From IMG/VR virus record IMGVR_UViG_3300026521_000148, positions 1 through 64,000 of that record: a DNA stretch of 64,000 bases. One strand, 5' to 3'. A model generated the notes under the pieces. It did not search any database and had not been told where the DNA came from. It was given only the letters and a program-made list of their open reading frames with translations. Position 1 is the stretch's first letter. The number at the start of each line of letters is the position of its first letter. Position numbers and translations under genes: made by a program. Source of the stretch: a virus. Below, one piece after another: positions 1 to 10,001 of the stretch.

Positions 1-279
1 TCAACCTTTAGTAAGGTGTAGGGCCCAAGCGGGTGGACGGTAGTCCTTAAATCGAAACGGAGTTCATCTTGTTAGCAACTTCTCCGGAATTTAATAAGGA
101 GTACGCCTGTTTAAAATAATAAAAATTTGGGGAAAACATTTAAATGTCCATACCACATTCACAAGATTAAACAAGATGAAGATATGATCTATTCTACCCG
201 GTCTTTAAAGATCTTAACGAAAGGGGTAGGTGCACGTAATGGTGCCGGTAATACGTAGCGAGTATTATTGAATATTAAG
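1..279 (+). mobile_element. 3' part of a group I intron interrupting the terminase large subunit gene (5' end outside window)
   Basis: 18-59 matches the reverse complement of 9552-9593 (41/42 nt), which lies inside another intron; P8-like stem 63-73/170-180; S-like AAGATATGATCT at about 179-190; ends ...TAGCG..TGAATATTAAG like the other introns' 3' ends; coding resumes GCC GCC CGC (AAR). Confidence 0.8.
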
Positions 280-1656
280 GCCGCCCGCGAAGCCGCCGCT
301 GCATCAGGCTCACCGTATTATACATTGTTTACAACAACTCCAGGTAAGTTAAATATTAAAGAAGGTATATATGCATACGATGTATACCAAAAATCAGTTA
401 GATGGTCAGAAAAGTTTTTAGATGCTAAAAACCAAAAAGAGTTAAAAGGTATTATAGAGAAGAATAATAACGGTTATGAAGTTGTCTTATTAGAGTTTAA
501 CCATAGGCAACTAGGTTTTACAGATGAGTGGTTAAGAGAAAGATTAAAAGCAGCATTATCAACAGGTGAAACAGCTGAGTCAGACTTCTTTATGAAATGG
601 GTAGCTGGTACTATGTCATCACCTATCCCTAAAAACATACTTAATATTATAGTTAACTCTAGAGTTATAGAACCTAATGTAGAAATAGCTAAAGGCGGTT
701 ATATCATAAATTGGTTTATTAATTCTAAGAAATTGCATGAATTAAAAACTAGTGGTTTTATGTCTATAGGATTAGATACGTCAGATGCGCTAGGTGGTAA
801 GAACGATGATATAGGGCTTATCATAAGAGATACGAGAGATGGCTCTGTTGTAGGTGGTGGTAGATATAACGAAACTAACTTAGCAGCATTCGCAGATTTC
901 TTAGTATGGATATTAGAAGAGTATCCTAATTCAGTACTTATACCAGAGAGAAGAAGTAGCGCTTCAGCTATTATGGACTTTATGTTTAGGATTATGTTAG
1001 CTAAAAAAATGAACCCATTTAGAAGAATATTTAACCTTATAGTACAAGAGATAGAGAAGCATAGTGATAAAAGAAAAGAAACATTAGATAGATTACCTAC
1101 ATTAGAAACATTGTCTAAATATAAGAGATTATTCGGATTTTCTACATCTGGTAAAGGTGAGTACTCTAGAGAATTATTATATGGTAATATATTTAAGATA
1201 TCATTATCTTATACAGCAGATACAGTTAGATACGGACCACTCATATCGCAGCTAGGTAGTTTAAAGATAAAGAATAATAGGATAGACCATGGCGACGATG
1301 ATCACGATGACTTAGTATTCGGTTGGTTGTTATCTATGTATTTAATCATCATGGGTAAAAATACTAACTACTACGGTATGAATAGCAATCATGCTCTAAA
1401 TATAATAGTAGATAGTGAAGTTAGTGGTGATGGTAATAATAAAGAAAAGGTACAAGAACAACTTAAACTTAAGAGTTCTATAAATGATCTTATAGAAAGA
1501 TTAAAAGCAGTTAGGAATGATACCCTAGCATTAAAGATAATAAATAAGATACGTAAGTTAGAGTCTAATATAGATACAACTATATTAACGAATATGAATA
1601 TAGAGAATATTCTAGAAGGTATAAAGATCGCTAAGCGTGTCTTAAAAAGAAAATAA
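280..1656 (+). CDS. terL: Terminase large subunit, last exon (end of ATPase domain plus RNase H-like nuclease domain), phiKZ-like
   Basis: AAREAA..PY..FTTTPGK motif; nuclease acidic motifs GLDTSD, IPERRS, DDHDDLV; the TTG start at 268 in the ORF track falls in the intron tail. Confidence 0.8.
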   Translation, partial: AAREAAAASGSPYYTLFTTTPGKLNIKEGIYAYDVYQKSVRWSEKFLDAKNQKELKGIIEKNNNGYEVVLLEFNHRQLGFTDEWLRERLKAALSTGETAESDFFMKWVAGTMSSPIPKNILNIIVNSRVIEPNVEIAKGGYIINWFINSKKLHELKTSGFMSIGLDTSDALGGKNDDIGLIIRDTRDGSVVGGGRYNETNLAAFADFLVWILEEYPNSVLIPERRSSASAIMDFMFRIMLAKKMNPFRRIFNLIVQEIEKHSDKRKETLDRLPTLETLSKYKRLFGFSTSGKGEYSRELLYGNIFKISLSYTADTVRYGPLISQLGSLKIKNNRIDHGDDDHDDLVFGWLLSMYLIIMGKNTNYYGMNSNHALNIIVDSEVSGDGNNKEKVQEQLKLKSSINDLIERLKAVRNDTLALKIINKIRKLESNIDTTILTNMNIENILEGIKIAKRVLKRK

Positions 1657-1688
1657 AAAAAAAATAACACAACATAGTGTAGCTATAG

Positions 1689-1955
1689 CTACACTATGTT
1701 AAATCTTCTAAGTCTTTTTCTTGGTTGTTTGCTAAATACAACTTTTATATCTTTTGGCTCTAAAGAGTCTTCTATAGCATATCTAGCTATATCCTCTTTA
1801 GTAACCCATTCACTAAGCCTCATGTTTTTATATGTATCAGTAATCTTAGAAATATATAATGTATTAATTCTAAGTATTTTACTACCATTAGAATCAAGCT
1901 CTACTCCATATTTAAACTCAACAACATAGTTACCATATACTATTCGCATACACAT
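1689..1955 (-). CDS. Hypothetical protein
   Basis: 88-aa ORF with GGAGG-like RBS, overlapping the stop of the upstream gene. Confidence 0.6.
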   Translation of the reverse strand: MCMRIVYGNYVVEFKYGVELDSNGSKILRINTLYISKITDTYKNMRLSEWVTKEDIARYAIEDSLEPKDIKVVFSKQPRKRLRRFNIV

Positions 1956-2467
1956 TCCTCTTTTACTTTTGTTATAATTTTGTTAAGAATTTCATCTTTA
2001 CTTTCATCTAAAACATTAGATAACTTTTGGTGCTTAATTATATGTTCACTAAGTACTTCTAAGTTATCTAGAATGGTATTAAGATTCTTGTAAGACTCTT
2101 TGATTATCTTATAAATATAGTCTTCGCATAACTCTAATGTCATAGGTTCTAAGAATATATCAAAACCATACTCATTTATAATTACAGCAGTATCTCTTAT
2201 TTTTAAATCACTACTTAAATTATGAACTGTTACCTCTTTAAACTTCTTAACAATATCGTTAATGAGTAATAAGTTTTTCTCATTATTAGGTATGGAATAA
2301 TGATGGAATACCTTAATATGGAATTCTTCATCTAGACTGATAGATATTGTCTTACGATTTAAATCTATATATAGATTAAACAATGGTACTTTACTTTCTA
2401 GAACAAAGAGATCTTTTTTGATCTCTGTTGTCTTTTCTTTTAGCTTAAAAATATCACCAAATATCAT
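1940..2467 (-). CDS. Hypothetical protein
   Basis: 175-aa ORF, ATGA overlap with the upstream gene. Confidence 0.7.
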   Translation of the reverse strand: MIFGDIFKLKEKTTEIKKDLFVLESKVPLFNLYIDLNRKTISISLDEEFHIKVFHHYSIPNNEKNLLLINDIVKKFKEVTVHNLSSDLKIRDTAVIINEYGFDIFLEPMTLELCEDYIYKIIKESYKNLNTILDNLEVLSEHIIKHQKLSNVLDESKDEILNKIITKVKEECVCE

Positions 2468-3054
2468 ATTTCACCTTTTTCGAAATCACTAGGATCAACA
2501 CCACTAGCTATTAAATCTGCAACCATATCCCAAGCGTTATGAACAATGAATCTTTCTCTTGTTGTTAAAGGGTTTTCATCAGCGTAAAATAAAGTAGACT
2601 CATCACCAACATAGCCATCCATAACATGTAAATAGTCGTCTCTTAATTTTGGTTTCATGTCTTGTTCAACATTATCCCATTCATCTTCATAGCCACTACA
2701 TAAGTTATTTTCAAACTTTTTGTATAGAACTGGTTCAGCCATAACGTATCTACGCATGAGTAACCCTGGTCTATGTATAGTTTCCATATCTACATGGTAC
2801 AGAAATTTATCATTCATAGCACCATCAACTCTTGTTAATGCTTGTTTAGCTCTCCTTAAAACATCTGTGTTCGTTACATACTCATATGCATTTTTAACAG
2901 CGTTTACGAAAGTATCAGCATGGTTACCCATTCTGCTAACGAATCTCTCATAGTTCTCCCTAAAATAATTAGAAGAACGTTCATCACGCATGCCACCGAT
3001 ACTCATACGCATAACTGCATCAGGGTCACTCGTTCTTATGACGTTAACCTTCAT
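2464..3054 (-). CDS. Hypothetical protein (probable conserved jumbo-phage protein, early promoter upstream)
   Basis: 196-aa ORF with AAGGAG RBS and conserved promoter motif at 3080-3114. Confidence 0.75.
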   Translation of the reverse strand: MKVNVIRTSDPDAVMRMSIGGMRDERSSNYFRENYERFVSRMGNHADTFVNAVKNAYEYVTNTDVLRRAKQALTRVDGAMNDKFLYHVDMETIHRPGLLMRRYVMAEPVLYKKFENNLCSGYEDEWDNVEQDMKPKLRDDYLHVMDGYVGDESTLFYADENPLTTRERFIVHNAWDMVADLIASGVDPSDFEKGEI

Positions 3055-3079
3055 ATATGCTCCTTTATATCTATAATAT

Positions 3080-3114
3080 TAGTACTTGGTACTATCTTAA
3101 TAATATGGTTATGA
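3080..3114 (-). promoter_or_regulatory. Phage early-promoter-like motif with downstream hairpin
   Basis: Minus strand CATATTATTAAGATAG followed by TAGTAC-CAA-GTACTA; one of about 12 copies in the window. Confidence 0.65.
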
Positions 3115-3146
3115 AAAAAGATAGAACTATAGGTTACCCTATAGCC

Positions 3147-3359
3147 CTAGCATCTTTTAAATTTTATTTTATCATCTTCTTTTAATAAACAACCTAATCT
3201 AGATTTCTTTTTAGTCTTAGATAAAAACTCTTTATCTTCATCCATTATTACAATATTTTCTAACTTTAATTCTAACGCACCATCATTACTATATTTATTA
3301 TAGTTACCATCTAATAATTCATTTACATCGTGTTTATATATTTCAACTTTCATTACCAA
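3147..3359 (-). CDS. Hypothetical protein
   Basis: 70-aa ORF overlapping the protease stop, followed by a terminator hairpin. Confidence 0.55.
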   Translation of the reverse strand: MVMKVEIYKHDVNELLDGNYNKYSNDGALELKLENIVIMDEDKEFLSKTKKKSRLGCLLKEDDKIKFKRC

Positions 3360-4087
3360 TCCAATATAACTTCTTTTACTTCATGCTCCATTTTACGTAA
3401 TGTATTAACTAAGCATTTACCGTCTTCACAAATACTTTCATTACCACTAGTAATATTGTCAATATCAGTATAACATAAACCATTAACACATGCGGAGATT
3501 TCTTCTATACCTACAGCATTCCATTGTGAAGCTTTAGCTATACCGCCTTCATAGACATGATCCCAAGTAGAAACATCTATAACATCTCTAACTTTAGTTC
3601 TACCAACAAATTTTTCCCTTACTAGACTTCTAACACTGAAGTAAACATTTTCATCAGGATTATCTAAAGCCTCTTTTAAACTTGGTCCAAAGGGTCCAGA
3701 TGGTTTAAACCAAATATACACTATAGTAATGTTATACCCATCCCAACCGGGTTCACATTTACCTGTATCTATAAACTCAACAGCTTTGATATGCCCGCAT
3801 TTTCTAGATGTATCTAGTTTTATAGTACGTGCGACTATTTCTTTGTTGTTAAGACCTTTATAATCTGGATGCTCATCTTCTGATATGAGTGTTCCTTCCG
3901 TTATCCTTCTATTAAGAATAGTTTTCTGTAACAACAATGTATCAGGTTGTTTTATCCTATAAAAAACACCCTGTCTGTTGTAAGTATTAAAAGCACCAGC
4001 TAGTATTTTATAGTAGCCATTCTCGTCAACGATTATAGCATCTTTAACACCAGATGTTTCTTTCTTACTAACTAATTTAGTACTCAT
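3353..4087 (-). CDS. Prohead/head maturation serine protease (phiKZ gp175-like)
   Basis: GYY..LAGAFN..N..G..Y, SEDEHP (catalytic His), NVYFSVRS (catalytic Ser); position upstream of the virion RNAP block. Confidence 0.8.
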   Translation of the reverse strand: MSTKLVSKKETSGVKDAIIVDENGYYKILAGAFNTYNRQGVFYRIKQPDTLLLQKTILNRRITEGTLISEDEHPDYKGLNNKEIVARTIKLDTSRKCGHIKAVEFIDTGKCEPGWDGYNITIVYIWFKPSGPFGPSLKEALDNPDENVYFSVRSLVREKFVGRTKVRDVIDVSTWDHVYEGGIAKASQWNAVGIEEISACVNGLCYTDIDNITSGNESICEDGKCLVNTLRKMEHEVKEVILDW

Positions 4088-4100
4088 GTCTCATTTCCTT

Positions 4101-4439
4101 TTATTTTATTTTATTTAGGTATTCATCATTAAGAGCTTCAACTACCTCATTAAATGCTTTCATAACCATGTCAACAGCTACAGCTTCATCTACATAATAT
4201 TTATCGAAATAAAAAACACCATCTTTTTTATACAAAGCCCATACCTTACCATTAACCTGTAATGGACTAAAATGCTTTTGGAATAATTCGTTTATCCTTT
4301 TCTTATCAGCATCATATTCACATTTTAAAGCTGACATAAAATCAACATCCATAACTCTAGTACTACCACATACAATACTTAAGTTAAAACTTCTCTCTCC
4401 TATCATTTTCTTTATGATAAATCCCATTGTCTTTAACAT
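4101..4439 (-). CDS. Hypothetical protein
   Basis: 112-aa ORF within a co-directional cluster. Confidence 0.6.
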   Translation of the reverse strand: MLKTMGFIIKKMIGERSFNLSIVCGSTRVMDVDFMSALKCEYDADKKRINELFQKHFSPLQVNGKVWALYKKDGVFYFDKYYVDEAVAVDMVMKAFNEVVEALNDEYLNKIK

Positions 4440-4443
4440 TTGT

Positions 4444-5175
4444 TTACGCCTTTAATAATTGTTCTAGTTTGGTAGGTTTTTCATTTTTATTAACAATAGC
4501 TGCTAATGTACCAGTTTTAAAGTATGACCCAGCTACTTTAGATAACGTAGATCCAAACGAATAATAAATATTCATAAGTCCGACCCATTCAGGTTTTTTA
4601 CTATTAAGATCTTTTCTATCGTTAATGATAAGACGATAATCTTTAGTATTATCATTTTTATCTCTAGCTACCATAGCAACGAATACTTCAAACGGCAACG
4701 TATCCTTACCCAATTTAATACCAGCGAACTTAGGTAAATTAGCAAACACATCTAATAAATCCTCGTATTCTAAAAAGAATGGGATCTTACCAGACAAAAT
4801 AAAAAGATCAAACACTTTATAAGCATTATTACTATCTTTAACAACAGTTGTGTCTGATATGAGATCATCACCAGCCTCTATATGTAAAGTATAATATAAC
4901 TCGCCATCTATCTCTATATTTTCTATGCCACTCGGCTCTACATTATACATACCAGGTATAGTCATGATGGTGTAATTTTTATCCTCATCCACGACAGCCA
5001 GAATACCCATAACCTTACATACATTATCTAATATAGTTAATTCTTTATCTACAAATTTACTATGTACTAGTATATACATATCCTTATCAGTAACTATTCT
5101 TTTTTCCTTCTCTTTAAAATGTTTTGTTAAAACTGAAGGATTTCTTTTAAAATCACTACTCTTAAACGCTTCCAT
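4444..5175 (-). CDS. Conserved virion-associated protein (phiKZ gp176-like by synteny)
   Basis: 243-aa ORF with RBS, between the protease and the virion RNAP genes; C-terminal T.SK..GSYF..G...A..N...E.LL pattern. Confidence 0.55.
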   Translation of the reverse strand: MEAFKSSDFKRNPSVLTKHFKEKEKRIVTDKDMYILVHSKFVDKELTILDNVCKVMGILAVVDEDKNYTIMTIPGMYNVEPSGIENIEIDGELYYTLHIEAGDDLISDTTVVKDSNNAYKVFDLFILSGKIPFFLEYEDLLDVFANLPKFAGIKLGKDTLPFEVFVAMVARDKNDNTKDYRLIINDRKDLNSKKPEWVGLMNIYYSFGSTLSKVAGSYFKTGTLAAIVNKNEKPTKLEQLLKA

Positions 5176-5245
5176 ATAATCTTCCTTAATATATTTTTCA
5201 AACTAACATTTACATACAGTAAAAGAAAAAATAAAGAAACACAGG

Positions 5246-5365
5246 TTAGTTACCTGTAGCTTCTCTCCATTTACGGACGTATATACCAGCTTCACCGGCT
5301 TTTATATTCGTGAACCCGTTTTCTTTTAACCACGCGAAGAACGCTTTACTATCATTTTTATTCAT
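5246..5365 (-). CDS. Small 39-aa early protein MNKNDSKAFFAWLKENGFTNIKAGEAGIYVRKWREATGN (not in ORF track)
   Basis: AAGGA RBS, own copy of the early motif (5397-5436), terminator hairpin ACAGGT/ACCTGT over the stop followed by a T-tract. Confidence 0.7.
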   Translation of the reverse strand: MNKNDSKAFFAWLKENGFTNIKAGEAGIYVRKWREATGN

Positions 5366-5396
5366 TTTCTATCCTTTTATATTTAAGTTTTTATTA

Positions 5397-5436
5397 TATA
5401 GATAACTCTATACTACATTAATAATATATAAGTGAA
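5397..5436 (-). promoter_or_regulatory. Early-promoter-like motif
   Basis: Minus TCACTTATATATTATTAATGTAG followed by TATAGA-N4-TCTATA hairpin. Confidence 0.65.
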
Positions 5437-5469
5437 AATAACTGGATAAAGTATAGCAGGTAGAACCCA

Positions 5470-6948
5470 CTATACTAAATCAGTTTGTGTAGAAAGATAT
5501 AATGTAGCTATCTTCATAGCAGCATAACCAACAGCCATTTTAGGATTAGTATTTTTACCTAACATATATTTACCATCCTCTACAGCGTTTAAGAAGATCT
5601 CTAAGTTAGTATTTTTATGCTTAAAATATCTAAAAACATTTATAACAACTTTTTCAACATCACCAAGTTCAGAAATAGATAAACCATAGATATACTTTCT
5701 GATCTCCTCTTTTTCAAAATCAGTATGATCTGTAACACCTGAGTCTAAAATACCGAATATAAAATATGTACGTAATTTAGATATATCCTCATTATGTCTA
5801 GTGATAAGGATTTGCTTGTTGTAACCATCAGCTAGTTCTTCTAGCATAGCTTTCTTAATTGTTACATCCGATAATTTAACAAGTGTAGTAACAAAAATAT
5901 TTTTTATTGCTTTAACATCAGGGCTAACTAAGTTAGATAGATATGCACCAACTAATGATTTAATAGAACCTTTGTTAGAAATAAACTCTTTATACACATC
6001 TTCAAGAACATAGATATCAGTATGTTCATTACCATTTTTAATACCAATGATAAGTTGTTTTGTTTTAGAGTAACTGTCTAACCTATTCATTAACTTAGTT
6101 GTAATGTTATCTAGAACATGAACTAAAGAGTTAAGTTCTTTATATAATCCAGAAGATAACTCAGCCTTTCTTAATCTTGACCCAATTATAGCGCCAAGTA
6201 CTGTAACGGTACCGATATTATCTACGTTTAACGCGCCTAAACTCTTAACAACATCATTGCTTAGAATATCTTCTATCTCTTCATAAATAACATCTAAATC
6301 ATCTTCTGAGAAATCATCTTTTAAAGATAATAAAACTTCAGGGTCATTATCTATAGAGTTAATACTTAAATCTAAACGAATGTTATCTATAGCAGATGAA
6401 AAGTTATCTGTAAAACCAACAACACTATTTCTAGATAAATAACCTTTATCTTTTAATAATTGTAATGTATCTGGAGTACCTATAGTTTTTACAGAAAATA
6501 AATCCGTTAAAGATTCAGCTGGTTTAATAGCCTGTTTGTATTTATTAACAGCTTCTATAGTAGGTTTGATTTCCCCATCTATGATGTTTTTATACATATC
6601 TATTTCACTAGATAATCTGTTAACTATCTTATTCACAAGTTCATCATTAACTGGAGTAATGTTAAAAGAACTCATGTTAGGGTTATATCTATCCATATCT
6701 ACTAAGTTCATCCAGCTATCAGGTTTAAATTTAATAATACCTTTTGTATCTGGTTTTGTTTTAAGTTTATCTCTTAAGAGATCCTTATAGTAGTTACCTA
6801 AAATAGCTTCGATCATAGCATCTTCTTGCCCCTTTAAACCATTAATAGAGATAATGCTGCTTCTGTTGTTAACTCTAGAAATAATTAACTTAGCAAGTTG
6901 TACCATAAGCGCAACTCTTTTATCATTTTCGTCACGTAAAATTGACAT
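5470..6948 (-). CDS. Probable virion structural protein (phiKZ gp177-like by synteny)
   Basis: 492-aa ORF with RBS, in the protease-vRNAP block. Confidence 0.5.
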   Translation of the reverse strand: MSILRDENDKRVALMVQLAKLIISRVNNRSSIISINGLKGQEDAMIEAILGNYYKDLLRDKLKTKPDTKGIIKFKPDSWMNLVDMDRYNPNMSSFNITPVNDELVNKIVNRLSSEIDMYKNIIDGEIKPTIEAVNKYKQAIKPAESLTDLFSVKTIGTPDTLQLLKDKGYLSRNSVVGFTDNFSSAIDNIRLDLSINSIDNDPEVLLSLKDDFSEDDLDVIYEEIEDILSNDVVKSLGALNVDNIGTVTVLGAIIGSRLRKAELSSGLYKELNSLVHVLDNITTKLMNRLDSYSKTKQLIIGIKNGNEHTDIYVLEDVYKEFISNKGSIKSLVGAYLSNLVSPDVKAIKNIFVTTLVKLSDVTIKKAMLEELADGYNKQILITRHNEDISKLRTYFIFGILDSGVTDHTDFEKEEIRKYIYGLSISELGDVEKVVINVFRYFKHKNTNLEIFLNAVEDGKYMLGKNTNPKMAVGYAAMKIATLYLSTQTDLV

Positions 6949-7007
6949 AGTATTTCCTTTTATTATAATTTCAAACTAAAAACTTATAGGATTTTATCCT
7001 ATTATAT

Positions 7008-7178
7008 GAAACCTATATTAAAGTGCTGTGTGTATAGGTCTACTCTAGAGTAGTACTATGGCTAAGTCGTGCGAATTTGCCATATTCTCCAAGAAAAAAT
7101 AAAGAACTTAACAACTTTAAGAGCCATAGTATTCATGATGTAGCGGGGTGGTGTCCGCTACATCAAATCTTTTTTTTT
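7008..7178 (+). ncRNA. Candidate structured small RNA
   Basis: ORF-free; stems 7011-7018/7032-7039, palindrome 7040-7053, 7054-7063/7122-7131 (10 bp), terminator-like 7137-7146/7155-7164 with downstream T-run. Confidence 0.4.
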
Positions 7179-7641
7179 ACACTCTTTCATCCAGTGATCT
7201 GTAAATAATGTCATTTAACCTGTCATCGGTAGTCTCCGGTTTCTCCCAATTCTTACGCACAATTTTAAACATATCGAAAAACTTTTTGGCACCGTCATCT
7301 TTAGGTAACTCCTCATGACGTGTTTCTACCTTAGTGATCTTAACATCGCTAGTTTTAACGATATCTTCTATTACTGACTTAGTGGATAGCTGTAGCTCCA
7401 TTCTTTCCATTAATATCCCTAGCTCCCTTATAACCATTTTATCAGCTTGAGCACCATTCTCCAACGTCTTTATCTTTCTTTTAAGCCTAGCAATTTCGTT
7501 ATCTTTTTTAGATATAGTTATCTTTAAATACTTGATATCACTAACTAGATCCTCTACGGACATCTTAAGAAGATCTATTTCATTTTTATACCCTTCTATT
7601 ATACTATCTAATCTTTCCATAAACTTTTTACTAACTAACAT
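7177..7641 (-). CDS. Hypothetical coiled-coil protein
   Basis: 154-aa ORF, heptad-rich N-half, TAATG coupling to the upstream gene. Confidence 0.7.
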   Translation of the reverse strand: MLVSKKFMERLDSIIEGYKNEIDLLKMSVEDLVSDIKYLKITISKKDNEIARLKRKIKTLENGAQADKMVIRELGILMERMELQLSTKSVIEDIVKTSDVKITKVETRHEELPKDDGAKKFFDMFKIVRKNWEKPETTDDRLNDIIYRSLDERV

Positions 7642-8186
7642 TACAACTCCTCTTTAAAAGTATTTACTAAATTTATAAATGATTCTACCTCATCATTATC
7701 TAAGAATAGTTTAAAACTATTGCTACTCATATCTAACCTATGTTTAAGTGCGTTATAAACACTTAGTTTTAATTCTTTACCAGCTTTCTTTATATCGAAA
7801 GCCGTGGCAGTAAAGATTTTATAGTCTTCTTTATCTATATTATGGAATGGTGCCTTAGCCTCATTCGCGTATGAAGTACATGCTGGTTCACCATACCCTT
7901 TCTTATTAACAAGCATGGCTGTTAACATAGCAGGATGTCTAAATAACACCACACTATATCCATTATCTAAATTAGCTATGGATAATTCAGATGGGTACCC
8001 TAATATTATCGTTTTTAAATCATGGTTAATACAAGTTACGGTGGCGTTACACGTATTTAAACTAACTAATGATAAAGATTTATCCATGCCGCTAAGGTGT
8101 ACGCCGAATGCCCTACTGCCATTAAAACTACCTAAACGTCTAGATAGATGTTTAAACTTCTCCTCATGCTCTAACATATTTAACAT
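7641..8186 (-). CDS. Hypothetical early protein
   Basis: 181-aa ORF with AAGGA RBS and early motif at 8237-8260. Confidence 0.7.
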   Translation of the reverse strand: MLNMLEHEEKFKHLSRRLGSFNGSRAFGVHLSGMDKSLSLVSLNTCNATVTCINHDLKTIILGYPSELSIANLDNGYSVVLFRHPAMLTAMLVNKKGYGEPACTSYANEAKAPFHNIDKEDYKIFTATAFDIKKAGKELKLSVYNALKHRLDMSSNSFKLFLDNDEVESFINLVNTFKEEL

Positions 8187-8236
8187 AGTATATCCTTTAT
8201 TGTTAGTGACTACATACCAGGTAGTTTAACACTATG

Positions 8237-8260
8237 CTATATTAATAATATATAAGTGTA
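8237..8260 (-). promoter_or_regulatory. Early-promoter-like motif
   Basis: Minus ACACTTATATATTATTAATATAG. Confidence 0.65.
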
Positions 8261-8290
8261 TTAAAATACATAAAAAGTAAAAAGAAAATA

Positions 8291-8318
8291 TGTTAAGTGG
8301 GTAAATCCCACTTAACAG
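8291..8318 (-). terminator. Intrinsic terminator after virion RNAP beta
   Basis: TGTTAAGTGGG/CCCACTTAACA inverted repeat, T-rich run downstream on minus strand. Confidence 0.75.
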
Positions 8319-9421
8319 TTATTTAAAATACATTTCACAAGCTTTCTTACCTACCACATCTAATGTTGTCGCTAATGTACCCATTAATGTAGGACTAGAC
8401 ACGATACGTGCTAAGTTACCTTTCATACTGAACACAGCATCAACTTCATCTTTTTTATCATCAGTAACTATATCATAATCATACTGTGTTGTTAATGTGG
8501 ATTTAAGTTGTGATGCTATAACACATTTATCACCAGGTATCATACCACCTTGTACATCAATGTAGAATTTGATATGCAGCTTACCTTCCTCTAAGGGAAC
8601 ACCATTGATACTATAACTACTGTTAACTCTACCGTCATATTGTTTACCTGTATCATCGTCTACCATATAAGGTAGGCTAACATCAACTAGTTTTTTAAGT
8701 GATTTACTTAAATCCTTATACTCGCAGTTATGATACACTTTAACCTTAAATACTTTGCCTTTATACTTAGCTTTAGGCGATACCTTTATAAAACTTTGTA
8801 ATAAATCTAATGTTTGTTTATCTAATTTATCATCTTTTATAACGTTACTAACCATAGTGAATAATGCTGTGTTTGGATCAACATCTGTATTCATGTTTAC
8901 TAATTCAGCTATTTCATCTGACTTATCCATAACTAAATCACGTATCTTTATCTGACTTACAACAGTATCATCACATACTTTCTTACTTAACATTAAGGCA
9001 TCTTCATATGTTTCTTGTACTTCCTGCCATGCTATGTTTATAATAGTGTTAGCTCTATATATGACCTTAGTTGGATCAAATATATCGGGCTCGAAGAAAC
9101 TAAAATCATAATACAGTATATCGCCGTATTTAACTTTTTGTTTCTCTTTAACATTAGGTTTAAGTTTATGTATAAACGTAGTACCCGATTCCTCTTTACT
9201 AGTCCAATCTTTAAAACTATAAGTTTTCTTTTTACCATCTTTATATTTAACTGTTATTGTGTTCTTTCCTACTTTTTCAATAACACCATCATCTTTAGCA
9301 TAGCCTACAAATTTCTCATCCATTCTATATGCTACTAAGGATTCATAACCTGTTCTAACCGGAAATGCTTTCGGGTTATAAATCGGTATGATATGTGAGT
9401 TCTGAATATTGACGTAAAGTG
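8319..9421 (-). CDS. rpoB: Virion RNA polymerase beta subunit (phiKZ gp178-like), exon 2
   Basis: IQNSH, RTGYE, hybrid motif, TYEDA, GDK..IASQLKS; joins exon 1 as DDPKR-S-LYVNIQNSH; spliced CDS is 4194 nt (1397 aa). Confidence 0.85.
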
Positions 9422-10001
9422 CGTTGTATTCAGCAAGTGCGCTACTACTCACCAGTTCTCAGTATCTCTACACGAACTTCCCATCCATTACAGATGGATA
9501 CTAGACTATATCTTATCATTCCTAATGTTTTTTATATTAGGAAGACCCTTTCGTTTCGATTTAAGGACTGCCGTCCACCCGCTTGGGCCCTACTCTACTC
9601 GCTTTAACTACATATGTAGCCATGGGGTTATTACACTACCCATGTGATTAACTAGATCTATCACTAGTCTAGTATAGCTTTCGATAGTCGTTGAACACAT
9701 CCCATATACATAAGTACTTAGGGACTTCGCTGCGCTGATTAGAGTACTTAATAAAGGTTTTTACGTAACCTAGTAGGAACATTACCCTGTAGGTGTTACA
9801 GTATGTTTCCATCTGTAAGACGTACTTTATTAATTAGTATATACTCCTCCCCGCAATTAGAAAGGTAATTTATCACTACATTTAAGTAGCGGAGACCATG
9901 TTTAAATAATCTGTGTAATATAGGAAATAATTTTCCTTATACCACAAATCGCGTCCTTTATAATAATATTCATAAAAAGACTATTCAATACCCCAATATT
10001 G
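9422..10001 (-). mobile_element. Group I intron (580 nt, no intact ORF) in virion RNAP beta gene
   Basis: 5' exon ends in U (AGAT), intron ends in G; P1 GAGAU^CA pairs with UGGUCUC (9892-9898); P AAUUGCGGGG, Q CGCAGCGAAG, R UUCAACGACUA, S AAGAUAUAGUCU; removal restores frame and motif. Confidence 0.9.

Noticed and set aside
9419-9607. 62-aa plus-strand ORF and the MSSSALAE start of the 8319-9452 ORF
   Set aside because: Both lie within intron sequence; the real exon starts at 9421
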